Below are positions 27,020 through 40,300 of a stretch of DNA of 52,861 nt, piece by piece; the first letter of the stretch is position 1, and every line of letters begins with the position of its first letter. A program made the translations under genes and the position numbers. The notes beneath the pieces were generated by a model that searched no databases, was not told where the DNA came from, and saw nothing but the letters and a program-made list of their open reading frames with translations. The DNA is from Kipferlia bialata. Its lineage: Eukaryota. The stretch lies in NCBI GenBank assembly GCA_003568945.1, contig BDIP01000005.1:1-52861 (forward strand), written 5' to 3'.

Positions 27020-27321
27020 TGAGAGAGGTTAAGCACTAAGTCAAGTTATATATATGTGGTTGAATAGACACGTCCGCATACACGCTACGACATCTACTAG
27101 TAACTGTCAAATAGGCTAACTTTCAGATATAGTGGGATACCTGAATGAGGCCATCATTCAGTGTCAGCTCTAGATACTTTCTTTGTCCTCACAACAAGAC
27201 AACAAGGTGTACTTCAGGCTGAGCAAATGCTATCCACAACTACCTAGATTGGTCTAGGGCTAAGGAAATTTAGTTCGGTGTTGTCTGACGGAAGCATATT
27301 GAGAATCTCAATTTGAGATGA

Positions 27322-30300
27322 TTAGGTTGCAGAAAGGAGCACAACCCCGGTCTCCAAGGCTGGTCTTGGTTCTGCATCCACTTCCCGCTTGTTGTTCATT
27401 CGTCCATCAACAGTAGGCATATACACTCTCTGGTGATATGTCTCTCTTGATGTGTCTTCAGCCCAGGATGTATTGCCTGTGGACACAGCTACCTCTCCCA
27501 GGCTGGATACCGACCGAGACTTGGGTCCTACCCCATCAGTCTCTGGCTCCATGCCATGTATCCGGTCATATCTCTCATCCAAGAGACGCTGAGCGCGGAC
27601 CAGACCGGTGTCGTTTACGTCACCTGATCTTCCGTTAGTAAAGGACCTATGAAGCTAAGAGACATATTGACATATCTCACCTGTCTGTGGTTGAGATTAC
27701 TTCTCCAAACACAAATCTAGGGTTGCCCTCAAGCAGTTCAAACGTCTGATCGCACACTGTAACCGAAACCAAGGGGGAGAGGGATTCCAAGGTTCTAAAC
27801 GTAAGTCTAGGTCTGCAATAGTCGTATGTTAATAGCCATGACTTGTATTGCATCTTTAGGATACTACCCTACCTAGCTCTCTGAGGAGCCCTTCCAAAGA
27901 TGTCATAGGACACTCGGATACTGAAGTGAGTCTAGTACAATAGGGAAAGAACATGAAATATCACTGTGTATTGAATGTCACTGTATAGTGATCTGGCACC
28001 TTCCAATGACTGCAGCATATGCAGGTCCAATGGCCATCCCAGCTCTTATGTTAAGGTCTACGTTCATCCGCCTAAACACACTCTTGGCACACATCACCAC
28101 CTCGTGGGATGCCTATAATGAGCCCTCACATAATTACTGTCGATACATACTTATCAGTAGCAAGTCACGATTGCTACAACCACAGTATAGGAGGATAAAC
28201 CATACCTTCACGAGAGCTGCAACACCTCTGACAACATCACTGGGGGAGCATGTGCGCAACTCCTCCAGCGGGAATGGCCTCATGAGTTCATATGCATCCC
28301 CAATGGTCTTGGCCTGATAGTTCAGGGAAACGACAGAAGATCAGAGAGCAGCGGAGCAATGAATAGTTGTCGTACCTTGAGTACACCTTTTGATGCATAT
28401 CTTTCCAGCACCGTGTCAAATGCTGTAAAGAGAGTGTTGAGCAGCATAACTACGTCTGACCCGTGTTGGGTGCAGTAGCTTGTGAAACCTGCTATATCCA
28501 GCTTGGTGTATCCCATCAAGGGGCAGAACTGAATCTCACACTGCTCCATGATAGCTTGCTCGTCCTGCAAGGTCAGTAGGATTACAGAAGAGCACCTTCG
28601 TAGAGTAGTGAAATGGTCGCTGCTGATACCTGGCTAGTGAATCCCTGGGTACAAATGACCTCAGAGGCTTCTGTAGGTACAGTGCTAAGTACATCCCTAC
28701 AGGTGCCACCGACGTCAGCTATCGCTAAACGTCTCTCCCCATTGGATATGGATCTGATGATTAGAATCCAGTAAACTTTGTCAGCGACACACACAAGTGT
28801 AAACTGCACACTGAAGGCCGCATGACTGTAACACCAAAAGAATAGCAACCGCACCTGATTGAGTTGGGAAGTGTCATAGACAGCTGCTTGGCGAGGTCGG
28901 AGTAGGGCTCGTCGTCCAAGGTAGTAGACACACACGAGAGAGTAGCGGTTGAACTGCTCATGCTCTGTAGGCAAAAGGGCACCGAGCTCTGACGTACTAC
29001 AGGGTTCATACCACTATTCGTACTCATCTCAGTATCAGTCACCAGCGATATTGTAGCAAGTGGGTTGGTGTTCTGACACCTCAGTCCAACACTAGACTCA
29101 GGGGAGGACACATGCTCCGAGGCCAAGTTGGGGAAGAGGTCGGGATAAAAGTCTCTGAGAGTTAAGTTAATGTGTCCCGAATATAGGTAGAGAAAGCAGG
29201 TTACATGACAGACAAGTCAATGTAACCTGTCGATATAGAGGTTTAATTATTAACTGATAACCACCTCAAGTGTGACTCTATGGTCAAGTCATTAGACCCA
29301 CAAGGAGTTCTGCTTGATGTTTTCCCAGTGGGGATTGATGGAAGTGAGGGAGGCAATGCAGGTGCTAACTCCGTAGCAGTCTTGCTATCTGGAGAATCGA
29401 CAATAGCGGATATCAAGCTGGCTAGTCAGACAATGGAGTAGACATGAGAAGAGGTCAGATTGGTGTCTGGAGGACTGCTTGGGGAACAGTAATAACTACA
29501 GTGACCATTACCTGTGTGTATCAGCCCTCATAGTAGCATGTCCTAGTACACTGTTTGACTGGGGGGTCTCTTCATCCATTTCCGCCACTCTCCGAATCTC
29601 TTGCATGAAGAGTGAGAGGATAGTGGTTCTCTCAAGCGCGGCAAGGACATTCTTGTTAGCAACTATCCTACAATAAGTAACAACTGTACTGGATACTATG
29701 AGAATATGATTCCATATACAACACCAACCACATGTACCTGACAATATCCTTGGCATGTGACTGTGACATGAATGCAAAGGAGAAACTCGATACCGAAGTC
29801 TCGGCAACAAAGGGCGTCAGAATCCTGGGGTTGGAGAATACCAAGCATTCATATGAATACCACCCTATTTACACTAATGGTGCGCGCAGTAGTATTTAGA
29901 TTAGTATGTACCTTTGAAAGAACCGGCCAGAGGCCACACGGGACACCAAAACACTGGCAGCAATTGTCTCTACTGCAAACTTTGTGGCTAAACAGAGAGT
30001 CACAACCTAGCGTAAAGTAGGAAATGAGAAACCAGTAGATATGTACTATGTATATATCGTATAGACTTATAGTAACATGGACTTACTAGAGCCTAGTACT
30101 TATCATTAAAGAGCATTCTCGGCACACTGACCTGCTTTCCAGCGAGCAGGATGCTCAGGATAAGGGTCAGAAACTGTGCCATATATAGGAATCCTCCTTC
30201 ATTGGCAACCAGGATAAGGCGTATCCAAGTGGGAAGGTATAACACTGGTGTGAGAATCCGATAGTAACAGTGCAATGTACTCGTATATATTCCAACCAAT

Positions 30301-33300
30301 ACACTGGAGGTAGATGACCGAGTACACATCACCTGCTGCACATATTAGACTATGCATCGAAGCGTAGCTGGGGAGTCCAAAGAGCGAAATGGATGTCTCA
30401 AGCACTTGCAGAATGCCAGAGAACTACGGTGAGAGGGAGTTGCAATATATAGAGAATTGCTACAAGAATGCATAGACGCCAGGAAGGTGGAGAGGTTACT
30501 GTGTAATCATACCCAAAGCAACTCTAAGAAGAATCCCAGGTCAGCGTGGTTGAGTCCATGGGAGTAGCCTTCCGCCAGAATGGAGCTGATGAAATGCAGG
30601 AATACCACACTGCCTGGGTTAAGAGACAACATCAGAAATTGTATATGCAGTACTCATACTGGTAAGGTAAATGGATATATATTTGCCATTCACTCGACAG
30701 GTGATAGGATGTCCGTTACTAGCCAGAATACTGGAAGACATATACGTAGTCTGTGGTACGTACAGAGGGTCATCATGTGCTGCGGGACGGAAGTCAGAAG
30801 CGGGGAGAAGGTCTTGTACATACTGAGCTCCTAGTGTGAGTTTCATTCTGTTGCAGCGTGAGGATGACACCAACAGGAGGTTGTACAGAAGCAGAACTCC
30901 AGTATATCCCATCATCACCCCCACCTCAAAGACGTCGTGGCCATGCAGCGTGTTGAAGGTAAATGTCCTGAGTTAGATTTCACAACCAAGCAGAAACGAT
31001 GGAGTCTCAGTATCGTACCGCTTGAGCATTGAGTAGATTGCCCTCCGGCCTCTGGCATACACAACCCAGTACCCAATGAACCTGTACTGTGGTTAAACAT
31101 TCAATTGATATGACTAACGATACTGATACTGATACTGATACTGCCAACATCAACTTCTAGAAGTATGATCGTGAACTTACAATGACGAGGAGGAACTGAC
31201 AACCCAAGGCCATCAAAGTACCAATGGTAAGGTAGCCTTGTACGTAGTCAAAAGATGGGTTACTCTTTGCCCTGGGATGAGACTATACATTTCGTCCGAA
31301 ACATTCACTACAAGTACGTTATTCCACAACTTGATGCTATTGACATCTGAAAGACCCCTCACCTGCTAAAGAATCCAGTGCAAAAGTGGTGAACCACAGT
31401 AAGCACAACTAATTGGATGATCAGTAGCGGAACAATGACCATGTGATCACGCTGAAATTAGGATACTTGGCATAGCAAAACTTCTCAGTGAGGTTTAACC
31501 AGATGTATACATAGCACTGACTGACGTTCTCTCCTTCATCTTGTTCATGTTGGAGAATGCCACGAAAGGGTTGCTCCTGAATTCGCGAGAGTACGTCATC
31601 TGAGTGTTATATGTATTGCATGTTTATTATGAGATTACACTATTTCCCGCTAGATGTCAGGTAGCTGTCTTGTAGAGACACTATTACGACGGTTGATGAC
31701 ACAATACTCTTGCCTACCTTGAAGATCTGACCGATAGACATTAGCAAGTTGATAGCGCTGTTTCCCACCGGTCTCTCTGACTGAGTGTAGGTCACTGGGT
31801 CACCACCGTCAACAGTGATTCTGAAGGTGAGTGGTGCCATATTTGTTACTCCAGGAAGAATTCAATAGTATCATCAATAGTTTCCTACTATTATGATGTG
31901 AAACACTATGGCACCTAAACTGTTCCCCGATACGATACAGAGGTGATCCTAAAGGAGCACCAGCATGTAGCGCCTCAAGGAACTTTAGCAGTTTCTCATC
32001 CACTTGCTCTATCACAGACACCGCAGCGGGTGTCTGGTCGAAAAGTGGGGCACTGGTCTCTCCCATGGAAGACAATACAATAGGAGACCTAATATTGGAG
32101 GGAGGATTCAACTCTTATGACCTGTGTTCACATACATTCATCACAGCAGGCGTCATGCAATCAGAGATAGTACAAAGATATTTCTTTTTGGGTAGACACA
32201 AACACTCTTACCTGCTGTCTTGACTGGTGATGCAACCAGATGTAAGAGGCATATGGATGCGGGCAAAGCTACTTGTAAGGGATTCGAATGTTGAACGCAC
32301 TGAACACGAAGTATATGTATTATGAAGCAGCAAAGAAGTGTCCAAACACTGATTTCACTGTACAAATGGTCTGACTAAAGGGATCAATATACACATATAT
32401 ATATGTACCTTGCTGTAATCACTGCCCATGGGTGGTGGACCAGTGCACTCAGTATGTATCCACCTCTTGTAGACGGATGGTCCTGGTGTAAAGATGGACT
32501 GCAATCAATGGATACACCACAGGACGGACAGTACTTTGGTGAGATGGGATCGTATGTCACATGACCCATGTCGGAAACGGTTAGTCCTGTTACTTTCATT
32601 CTATTGGTACACACTGTGTACTCAACAGTAAGAGAGGTGTACGGATACTATATATTAGTGTTTCTACCTCTTCTGTTCGTGGTTTCACAGGCTCGTTGCT
32701 TTCAGGTGTGCCAGTAGCAAATAGCTGATGTAAGAGATATTATAGACTTCTGCAGAAGGAGAAGATATATAGTAGTATATTCATACCCTATCCAGCCACG
32801 TTGTGTGACAGTCTGAGTTGGAGCACCGAGCAATTTGGGCCTGTGTTAAGTCATAGTTTGGCTTACTATTAGAACGTGTTAGTAAGTTACTAATAGTAAC
32901 GATTGCTGCCCCATTAGGTATACCTTTGTATCTTGGAGCCGGTAGGAAGGTGCACGCATAGCCACCTCTCTGACAGGGAAGAGACCTATTAGTCAGCTCT
33001 ATGTTGGCAAAGTATACACTACTATTCAATACTTGTATATCATATGATAAGGTAATCATAAATGTACCTTTTCCCTTCAATATCGTCAGCTTAGGCCGGC
33101 TGAGCACAAAGTCCACTGCAACGTCTTTCGATATGGGACACTCCTGTCGATACCCTAACACACCAGATATATCATTGTTCTGACTAATATGGTGGGCCAC
33201 CTATGGTTAGTCATTTGACTCTCAGACGGCAAATATATGGACCATTCTATCAATAATACAGTTATCAAGTCTTAGAGTCAAGGATATGTCATTGTACCTG

Positions 33301-36209
33301 TTCGGTCACCAAGACCTTCCCTGCAGTTGCTTTGCCCATAAGCCTGTGGTTAAGGGTCAGAGTATCTTTCGAAGAGTGAGAAATAATACTATGTCATTAC
33401 TACAGTAGTGTGATACGCTGCGTTACCAAATCCGTACCTTGCAGCCGTGTTGACTGTGTCCCCAAATACGTCGTACATCAGCTCACAAGTACCAAGAACA
33501 CCAGCTGTCACTGTACCACAAGCTACGCCAGTCCTGCGATAAGCATTAGTGCATGTACCTCACTGGCTGGTTAATCGTATCCCGGTACGTATGGCTCCTA
33601 CACATGTATGTGTTACCTTAATCCAGCAACAACGGGTGCAATACTCGGATTGGAGTCTATTGCTGCCGTTGCAACCAAGACAAACTCGCATAGAAGTCTG
33701 GTGTAATATCACTATCATATGACATATATGCAAAGATATGTGATTTCAGTAATAGAAAAAAGTGCAGTGCACACTACTTTTCCAGATAAATCTACCCGGA
33801 TGTGGTGAGATACCTGCAATCCTTGGACACTTGCCATCCATCTCTAGGAGGGCAAGAGTGGCCGTCTGACGGTGTATGTTGGTGGACACGGACGATAAGT
33901 ACACCGTCGGAGCCTAAGAATGAGAGAAATTGTGTTTCGTCCGAAACACAGACTGCATAATAGACGCTTATTGAGCTATATAACTATTTAGGGCCATAGA
34001 ATGGTTCATAATAACTGTTAGTAGTAAGACAGTAGTGCATATATGAACCAGGTAGAGCGTGTCACCTTTGATCTTCTCAACTCCGTCATAGGACTGTATG
34101 ACCCCGTCAATGGTGTGCATCACATTGATAAGAGCCTAGCGTTATTATGCACAGTACCATTCGTGTAAAAATGATCTTGATTATACAGTATTACAGAGTC
34201 GAATCGTGATGTACTCAAATACTGTAAATTACGCCACCACGAACAGAGTACCTGAATATATGAAGTCGTCGATGTTGTTCCCTTGACCGGTACTACCTCC
34301 ACAAATGCTACAGCTACATTGTCCTCTGTGGTAATCAGTCCTAGTGTGAAGATGAATATTGGTCTGTTGTGTTGACCTGTGTATGGATTTTGTATCAGCT
34401 ACCGGGCACAATATATGGGTCATATAATATATATGACTAGGACATATGGGTATATATTATATATATACTATATATATATACATCACCATACTTCATACCT
34501 GGACTGAGCTCATCGTCGGCTGAGGCCCCAGTCTCTATTGAGGGTCTAGTCACATACCGTCTAGTGCCCAAGGGAAGAGAGGAATGAAGGACGTACACAG
34601 CAGCGCGCTTGCTTCTATAGAGTTAGAGGACTGTAATTGATAGAATGACCATACTTTCACAAGAAGATAAGAGGGTAACCTGTTCATTCTCAGAGCCTGT
34701 TTCTGGAGGATGCTCCTTTCAGATCCATTGAAGTGCCACCTTACATGTGAGCAGGTTTGGTGTAACTTGATAACGGGAAATGATGTGGTGTATGTGATAA
34801 ATATCTTCCACAGTGTGTATGACATACACTGTATGTACTCACATGTAGACACACACTAGGGCCAGGCCCGTCAGCACAATAGGGGAAGAGTGGGTGTGCG
34901 TTGGGGAATGGAACCTGTTGTTAGTTGTTGACAGTACGTCTAACTGAGGATTTCGCTGTCTTTCAGTGACTTTATGTACTGCTATTATGCAATAGAGAAA
35001 TCAATGGATGGTATAATCACTAGTTGTACTGTGGCCGTAACGTTCTCATGTATGTGTGGTGGTACCTGATTCCCATTAGTGCACATGACAGCAGAATGCC
35101 ACATCCAACAGAGCCTAGAACGATACGCTCTATGCGCTGTGATAACAGGCCCTTTGAAAAGTCAAGGTTTGCTAAGATCTGGACTCAGTAACCAAATATT
35201 GAGTAGCACATAATGAATACATTCTGGAACACTGCATCGGTATGTACTTACCTGCGTTGTGGCGCATGAGATCTCTCCAATAGGGAAGACTCTATAGTCT
35301 GCGTCTGGAAACCACAGAAGTGACACCGACACACAGAGTAAGAACACACCCATGGCACTAGGGTTAGTGAACACCAGACTTTATGTTACACTGTAGATGA
35401 TAAACACATTTATAGGTTAGAGTGTAGTGTATAGCATATACACTGTATGGGAAGTCGTTCCCACCACAGTATCCACTGAATGAGTACATGTTCTCTGGCA
35501 CATGGACATGCAATGGACCCGTTTGTAGCGGTTCTCTCCCATGCATTAGTGGAAACTGCCTTCCTGGTACCACCTCTCTGCAACACCTGGAAGAAGTGCG
35601 AGAATAGCGGATGTGATTGTTCGAGGACAAATATTGTATGCAACTATACTCACCATGAACTGTAACAGACATATGCCACAGCACACGCAGTCAACGACAG
35701 TGACATAGATAGTCGCTGAGAGTCAGTAATGCATGATATCTCTGAGCGTATTGTCTTAGACCCTCCCGAGAATCTCAAGCTACAAATATGAAGCGGTGCA
35801 AGATAGTGTATTGAGGTGCTTGCCTGTGTTCGTGTATGTCCAGTCGTGTGCAATCAGTCTGAGTACCATGATACCCAGAATACAGGCAATGCACACAATA
35901 CTATAGGTGAGTGGTTGACTGTACTATAACAGTGTGCTGTAGATATCAGGTTTCAATTGAGCTAATTGTGCTAACATCGCAGGGTATACTCACAGAGCAA
36001 AGGCATGCCCTACACACATATTATAGTGTAAATGTGACACACACATCGTACCACAGGAGAGTTGCGGCAGGGATGTTGATGCATATCTCTCTATCAGCCC
36101 CAATGTCCTTACAGGACTCGGAACACACATCATCAACCTCAGCGTCACAGGAGGCCTGTTTGGATATGTCTATGGATTGTGGAACAGTGGTCTCAGAAGG
36201 TACAGGCAT
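27322..36209 (-). CDS. Class III transmembrane adenylate/guanylate cyclase, TM-C1-TM-C2 architecture, probably adenylyl-specific
   Basis: TM exons at 34850-35900. Domain 1: DNVAVAFVEVV (~34300), GVEKIKGSDG (~34070/33910), LRTGVACGTVTAGVLGTCELMYDVFGDTVNTAARLMGKATAGKVLVTE (33300-33620). Second TM block at ~29650-31450. Domain 2: KLDIAGFTSYC..LLNTLFTAFD (28420-28500), KTIGDAY (~28300), IRAGMAIGPAYAAVIG (~28020), YDIFGRAPQRARTLES (27790-27910). Putative ATG at 36209; stop at 27322. Confidence 0.9.
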
Positions 36210-36516
36210 AGTAGCCCTATCACAACCGTGACACGTGTCAAGGGTATCCAGGCTTACCGATGCGGTAGTCACTGTTAAGAACACTACCGTAGGTTTAGTA
36301 CCTGAATGCGGTCTCTCAACAGTTATTGTTGACACTGAGGATATCTAACTGCAGTATATTTACTGTATTTTTATGCGCCGGTTTCTCCCAGTCTACTACA
36401 GTCTTACAGTATTTGCGAGATTTCACTAAACAGTGACGGTTTCACGTATCAACCGCATACGGTTAGTATCCAGCTTCTCAACTACCTGAACATACCAAGG
36501 GAGACACACGTTTAAA

Positions 36517-37090
36517 ATGACCCAGCCGCCCGTCCCTGACGGTGCCAGTCGTCAGAAAGAGAGACCTAAACAGACTCGGCCCGGAGTTGTGGTATGTATG
36601 CGTATACAAAATGTCCTCTCCTTATACTATTCTTGGAATTCTTATTTAGCTATATAATCTGCTTCCGTTACCGTATGCTTTGAACTGATTCTCAGTCCTC
36701 TGGATATGGTGGCTCTTCCTGCAAGCAGCCCAGGTCCACTGAGGCCTCTCGCTCCTCTGCCCACTCTGCATTCCTTAAGATGACACTCATTCAGAAGGTA
36801 TATATCAGTGTGAGGGTCGAAATTGGTCAAACCTCCGAACGGTGGATGGTTTCTCTAGACACACTATACAGTTCGTTCTTTTTGACATGATATACTGATA
36901 ACAACCTCAAAGTGAAATAGATGGATGACTCCAGAACCACAGGGCCTTCTACAGATGGGACTTCTCAGATGGGGCATATAAGGGCAAGAATGTACCAACC
37001 GAGAGAGTGTCTCAGTCACCCAAGGAGTGATGCAGAGTCATTCTGTTCTCGTTGATGGTCAATATACTCTATTGATATATAATAAGTAAG
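36517..37090 (+). CDS. Gene X: small hypothetical protein, divergent from the cyclase; 3' part unresolved
   Basis: MTQPPVPDGASRQKERPKQTRPGVV|SSGYGGSSCKQPRSTEASRSSAHSAFLKMTLIQK|NHRAFYRWDFSDGAYKG. Supported by conservation with X'. Confidence 0.5.
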
Positions 37091-37384
37091 TTTTACACTG
37101 CTGGGATATGACCTGACCTGAATAGACGCAAAGTGACCAACCAGCAAATCTATGACTGTCAAAGACAATCTACCATTCAAAGTGATTCTTAACATCACAT
37201 ATAGGTGAGACACACTACCCTTAAGTAGAGAGATATTTCTCACGTGAACACACAGTATGATTATGTGATGTGTCTTGGAGTATGTAAGAAGAGGACTAAA
37301 ACACTTCCTCATTATTACCCCACTAGCAATATTACCCGTGACCTAGGTGGCCAGATCAGGGGTGACTATACAGGCAGCACTGAT

Positions 37385-40300
37385 CTAGGGAGAAGAATCA
37401 AGGCAAGCCAAGATATCTGCGTCATCTGAGGTGATTCCTCCCCACAGCTCCTAGTGTCAGTTTCTAAAAGACCATAAGAGAGAAAGAATTAGCTTCACAA
37501 CTATTCAATTATGAAATCATATGATATGTAATACTCCACAACAGGATATCTTGGGGAGAGGAATCTGATGGTATATATGTATATCATATATATATACTCC
37601 TACCATTACCTTGTTCTTCTCCATGGTCCTTACCATGGAGTGTATCAGACTCGACAGGCAGTGTGTGATCCTATGGGTGTTGCAACCACTCTCTGTGCTG
37701 ACACCATCTGAGGATAGTGTGGTGTGCACACCCTCTAGAACCCTCTCTAGGTGGTGGCTGCTCTGTGTCTCTACAAAGGAAGCATAGTCTCTAAAAGATA
37801 CCGCAAATGGCCTCACAATGTAGTCAATGAAGGATGTCTAGGGGTGAGAGGATCTTAAGTTGCTCATTCCACCGTCTATAGTTACTGTGTCTAGACAAAG
37901 TGATCCTAAACTATATACGTACTGATGCAATGGGGCATTACACAAACTATTAATGATACCTGGCACTTTCTAATCTCCTCCACACCCTTTGTTCTATCTC
38001 TAAAGGCGCCAATCTCGTGGCCATATGCCGCCTGGAGGTGAGTCCTTCTGTCTCTACACAAAACGACACGATACTTGAGACGGATAGATACACAATCTCC
38101 ACTATCCATAATCGACTAAGAGTAGGAGTAGCTATAGAGAGAGACACCCACACCTCTAGGTCCCCTGTCTTGAAGAACTCCCTCATCACATTCAGAGAGT
38201 GTGTCCTGTATGTGAGTGTTGGAGTAGGACGGACAGAACTCATACCCTAACGTCCATAACTACCATCAAGAAATATGTAAATACTACATATATACTAATA
38301 TACCTTGCCACATCAAATGGCCTTGCTGCGTTTGAGATGTCTGCCATTCTAATGATGGCAGTCAGGAGGCAGGTCTGCACGTCTGAAGTCAAAGCTGTAG
38401 GTAAGCGCTAGAGTCTGGTGGAGTATATACACAACAAAATGGTAGATCCTGAGTTCGTCTGGTGTATCCGTACCCCCCTCTCCCTCCATCAGAGCGGCCA
38501 TGTCATCCATACTGGAGAACACACTCTGAGATGAGGTACATATATGCATGTATATATATATATATGTATAGATAGGTATAGTATATATATAGTATATATA
38601 TATATAGTAGTGCCATGTCATCCATACTGGAGAACACACTCTGGGGTGAGGTACATATATGTATATGTATATAGTATATAGTATATATAGTATATATAGT
38701 ATATATATATATATAGTATATATATATATAGTATTGCCATCTCATCCATACTGGAGAACACACTCTGGGGTGAGAGTATCCATTCGAGCAAAGAGAGTGT
38801 ATCATATCCTATCTTCATAAGAGTCTATGTATATAATAGTACTCACTCAATGCAATACCTTGGGGTCAGTGGCCAGCACTAGTGTCTCAAATAGTGCCTG
38901 GCAGAAGTCGCTCTGGTCACAGGGCATAGAGTCAAATACACTGTAGTACCTGAGATTAAGGGTTTAGAGAGAGAGAGAGAGAGAGAAAGAGACATAGATA
39001 GTACCTCAGTGTGAAGAGACCCAGCATGCAGTGGAACTTCTCCAGAGTGGCCACGCTGCCATACACGTGGTACAGGGGGTGCCTGGATATGAGAGTATAC
39101 AACAAATATTGGTAATATATATTGTACACAATATACTCATACTATCCATACCTGATGTTTGTGAGCAGATCTGATGTGACCCCACAGTGCTCAACGTCGT
39201 GGGCAGCAGCTGAAATAAGGGGGTAGAGAGGGACATAGATAGTGAGGCTCACGTACACGGGCAGCAGCTGATATATGAGAATCATTAGAGTAAAGAGGCA
39301 TACTAAATCTAGACAATAGTTGATTGATCCAGAGACAACTTAATACCTGCCAGGAGCATGACTGACACAACCACAGGGGGACATAGGGTACGGCCACACT
39401 CTGGGGTCAGAGACAAGAGTCCAAGGAAGATGGAATGACGACCATATGGTTTCTTACTGTTTACCACACATATCCGCAATACAAATATACATACATATAC
39501 AATTAGTGATTAAAACAGTGACTCAACAAATTCTCCGACCTGACTGTCTGAGTCTGTCCACCATCACCCCCTCCATATGCATCACATACAATTATCATAT
39601 AGACATATCACTTATATGTACACGTACATATACATTAACATTGCAATTGTATTATATACCTGACTTGCGAAGTCTGTCCATCATGACGCCCACCATCTGC
39701 ATCACATCCAGAGCATGGGTGCTGTTGTGGTAGGAGGGGGTCCCGGAGTCACTGAGATGAGTGTATATACATGTATGTATGGATGTATATTTAGGTGGCA
39801 TAGGTGTTGTGGTAGGAGTATGAGGGGTCCCGGAGTCCCTAGGGGCTTTATGTTAGTAGCACTATAGCCAAGAGGTAACATAGCTGGATGTACAGGCGAC
39901 TACTATGTGTCTCAACACTACCATACATGTACAATCTCTGGGACTATGTACATAGAAATAGTATTAGTAGTTATTAATACTATCTATACACTATACCTAT
40001 ACATCCTTTGGAATTGTATGAGGGCCGCAGTGTATCTGTTGATGGAGACCACTTCCCCTAGGCCGAAGTGGGAGTGCAGTAGATACCCCAGGTAGGGCAG
40101 AGCATCAGAGCCATGTCTGGCGATGAGAGATAGAGAGCAAGGGAGAGTGACAACTGTATGGATTCCTACATGTCCTACATTCATATATCATATATTAGAT
40201 ACTGACCTCTGCTTCCAGGCATGTGCATCAAAGGCAGGGCTGAGGTACATGGGTAGTGACCCATCTGTCTCCCCTAGCGTGCCTTCAGACTGACAGGCAA

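Noticed and set aside
33931..33950. Hairpin TGTGTTTCG-TC-CGAAACACA in a cyclase intron, hammerhead-like GGACGAAAC on the minus strand
   Set aside because: No CTGATGA core in the proper position; likely a chance local inverted repeat.
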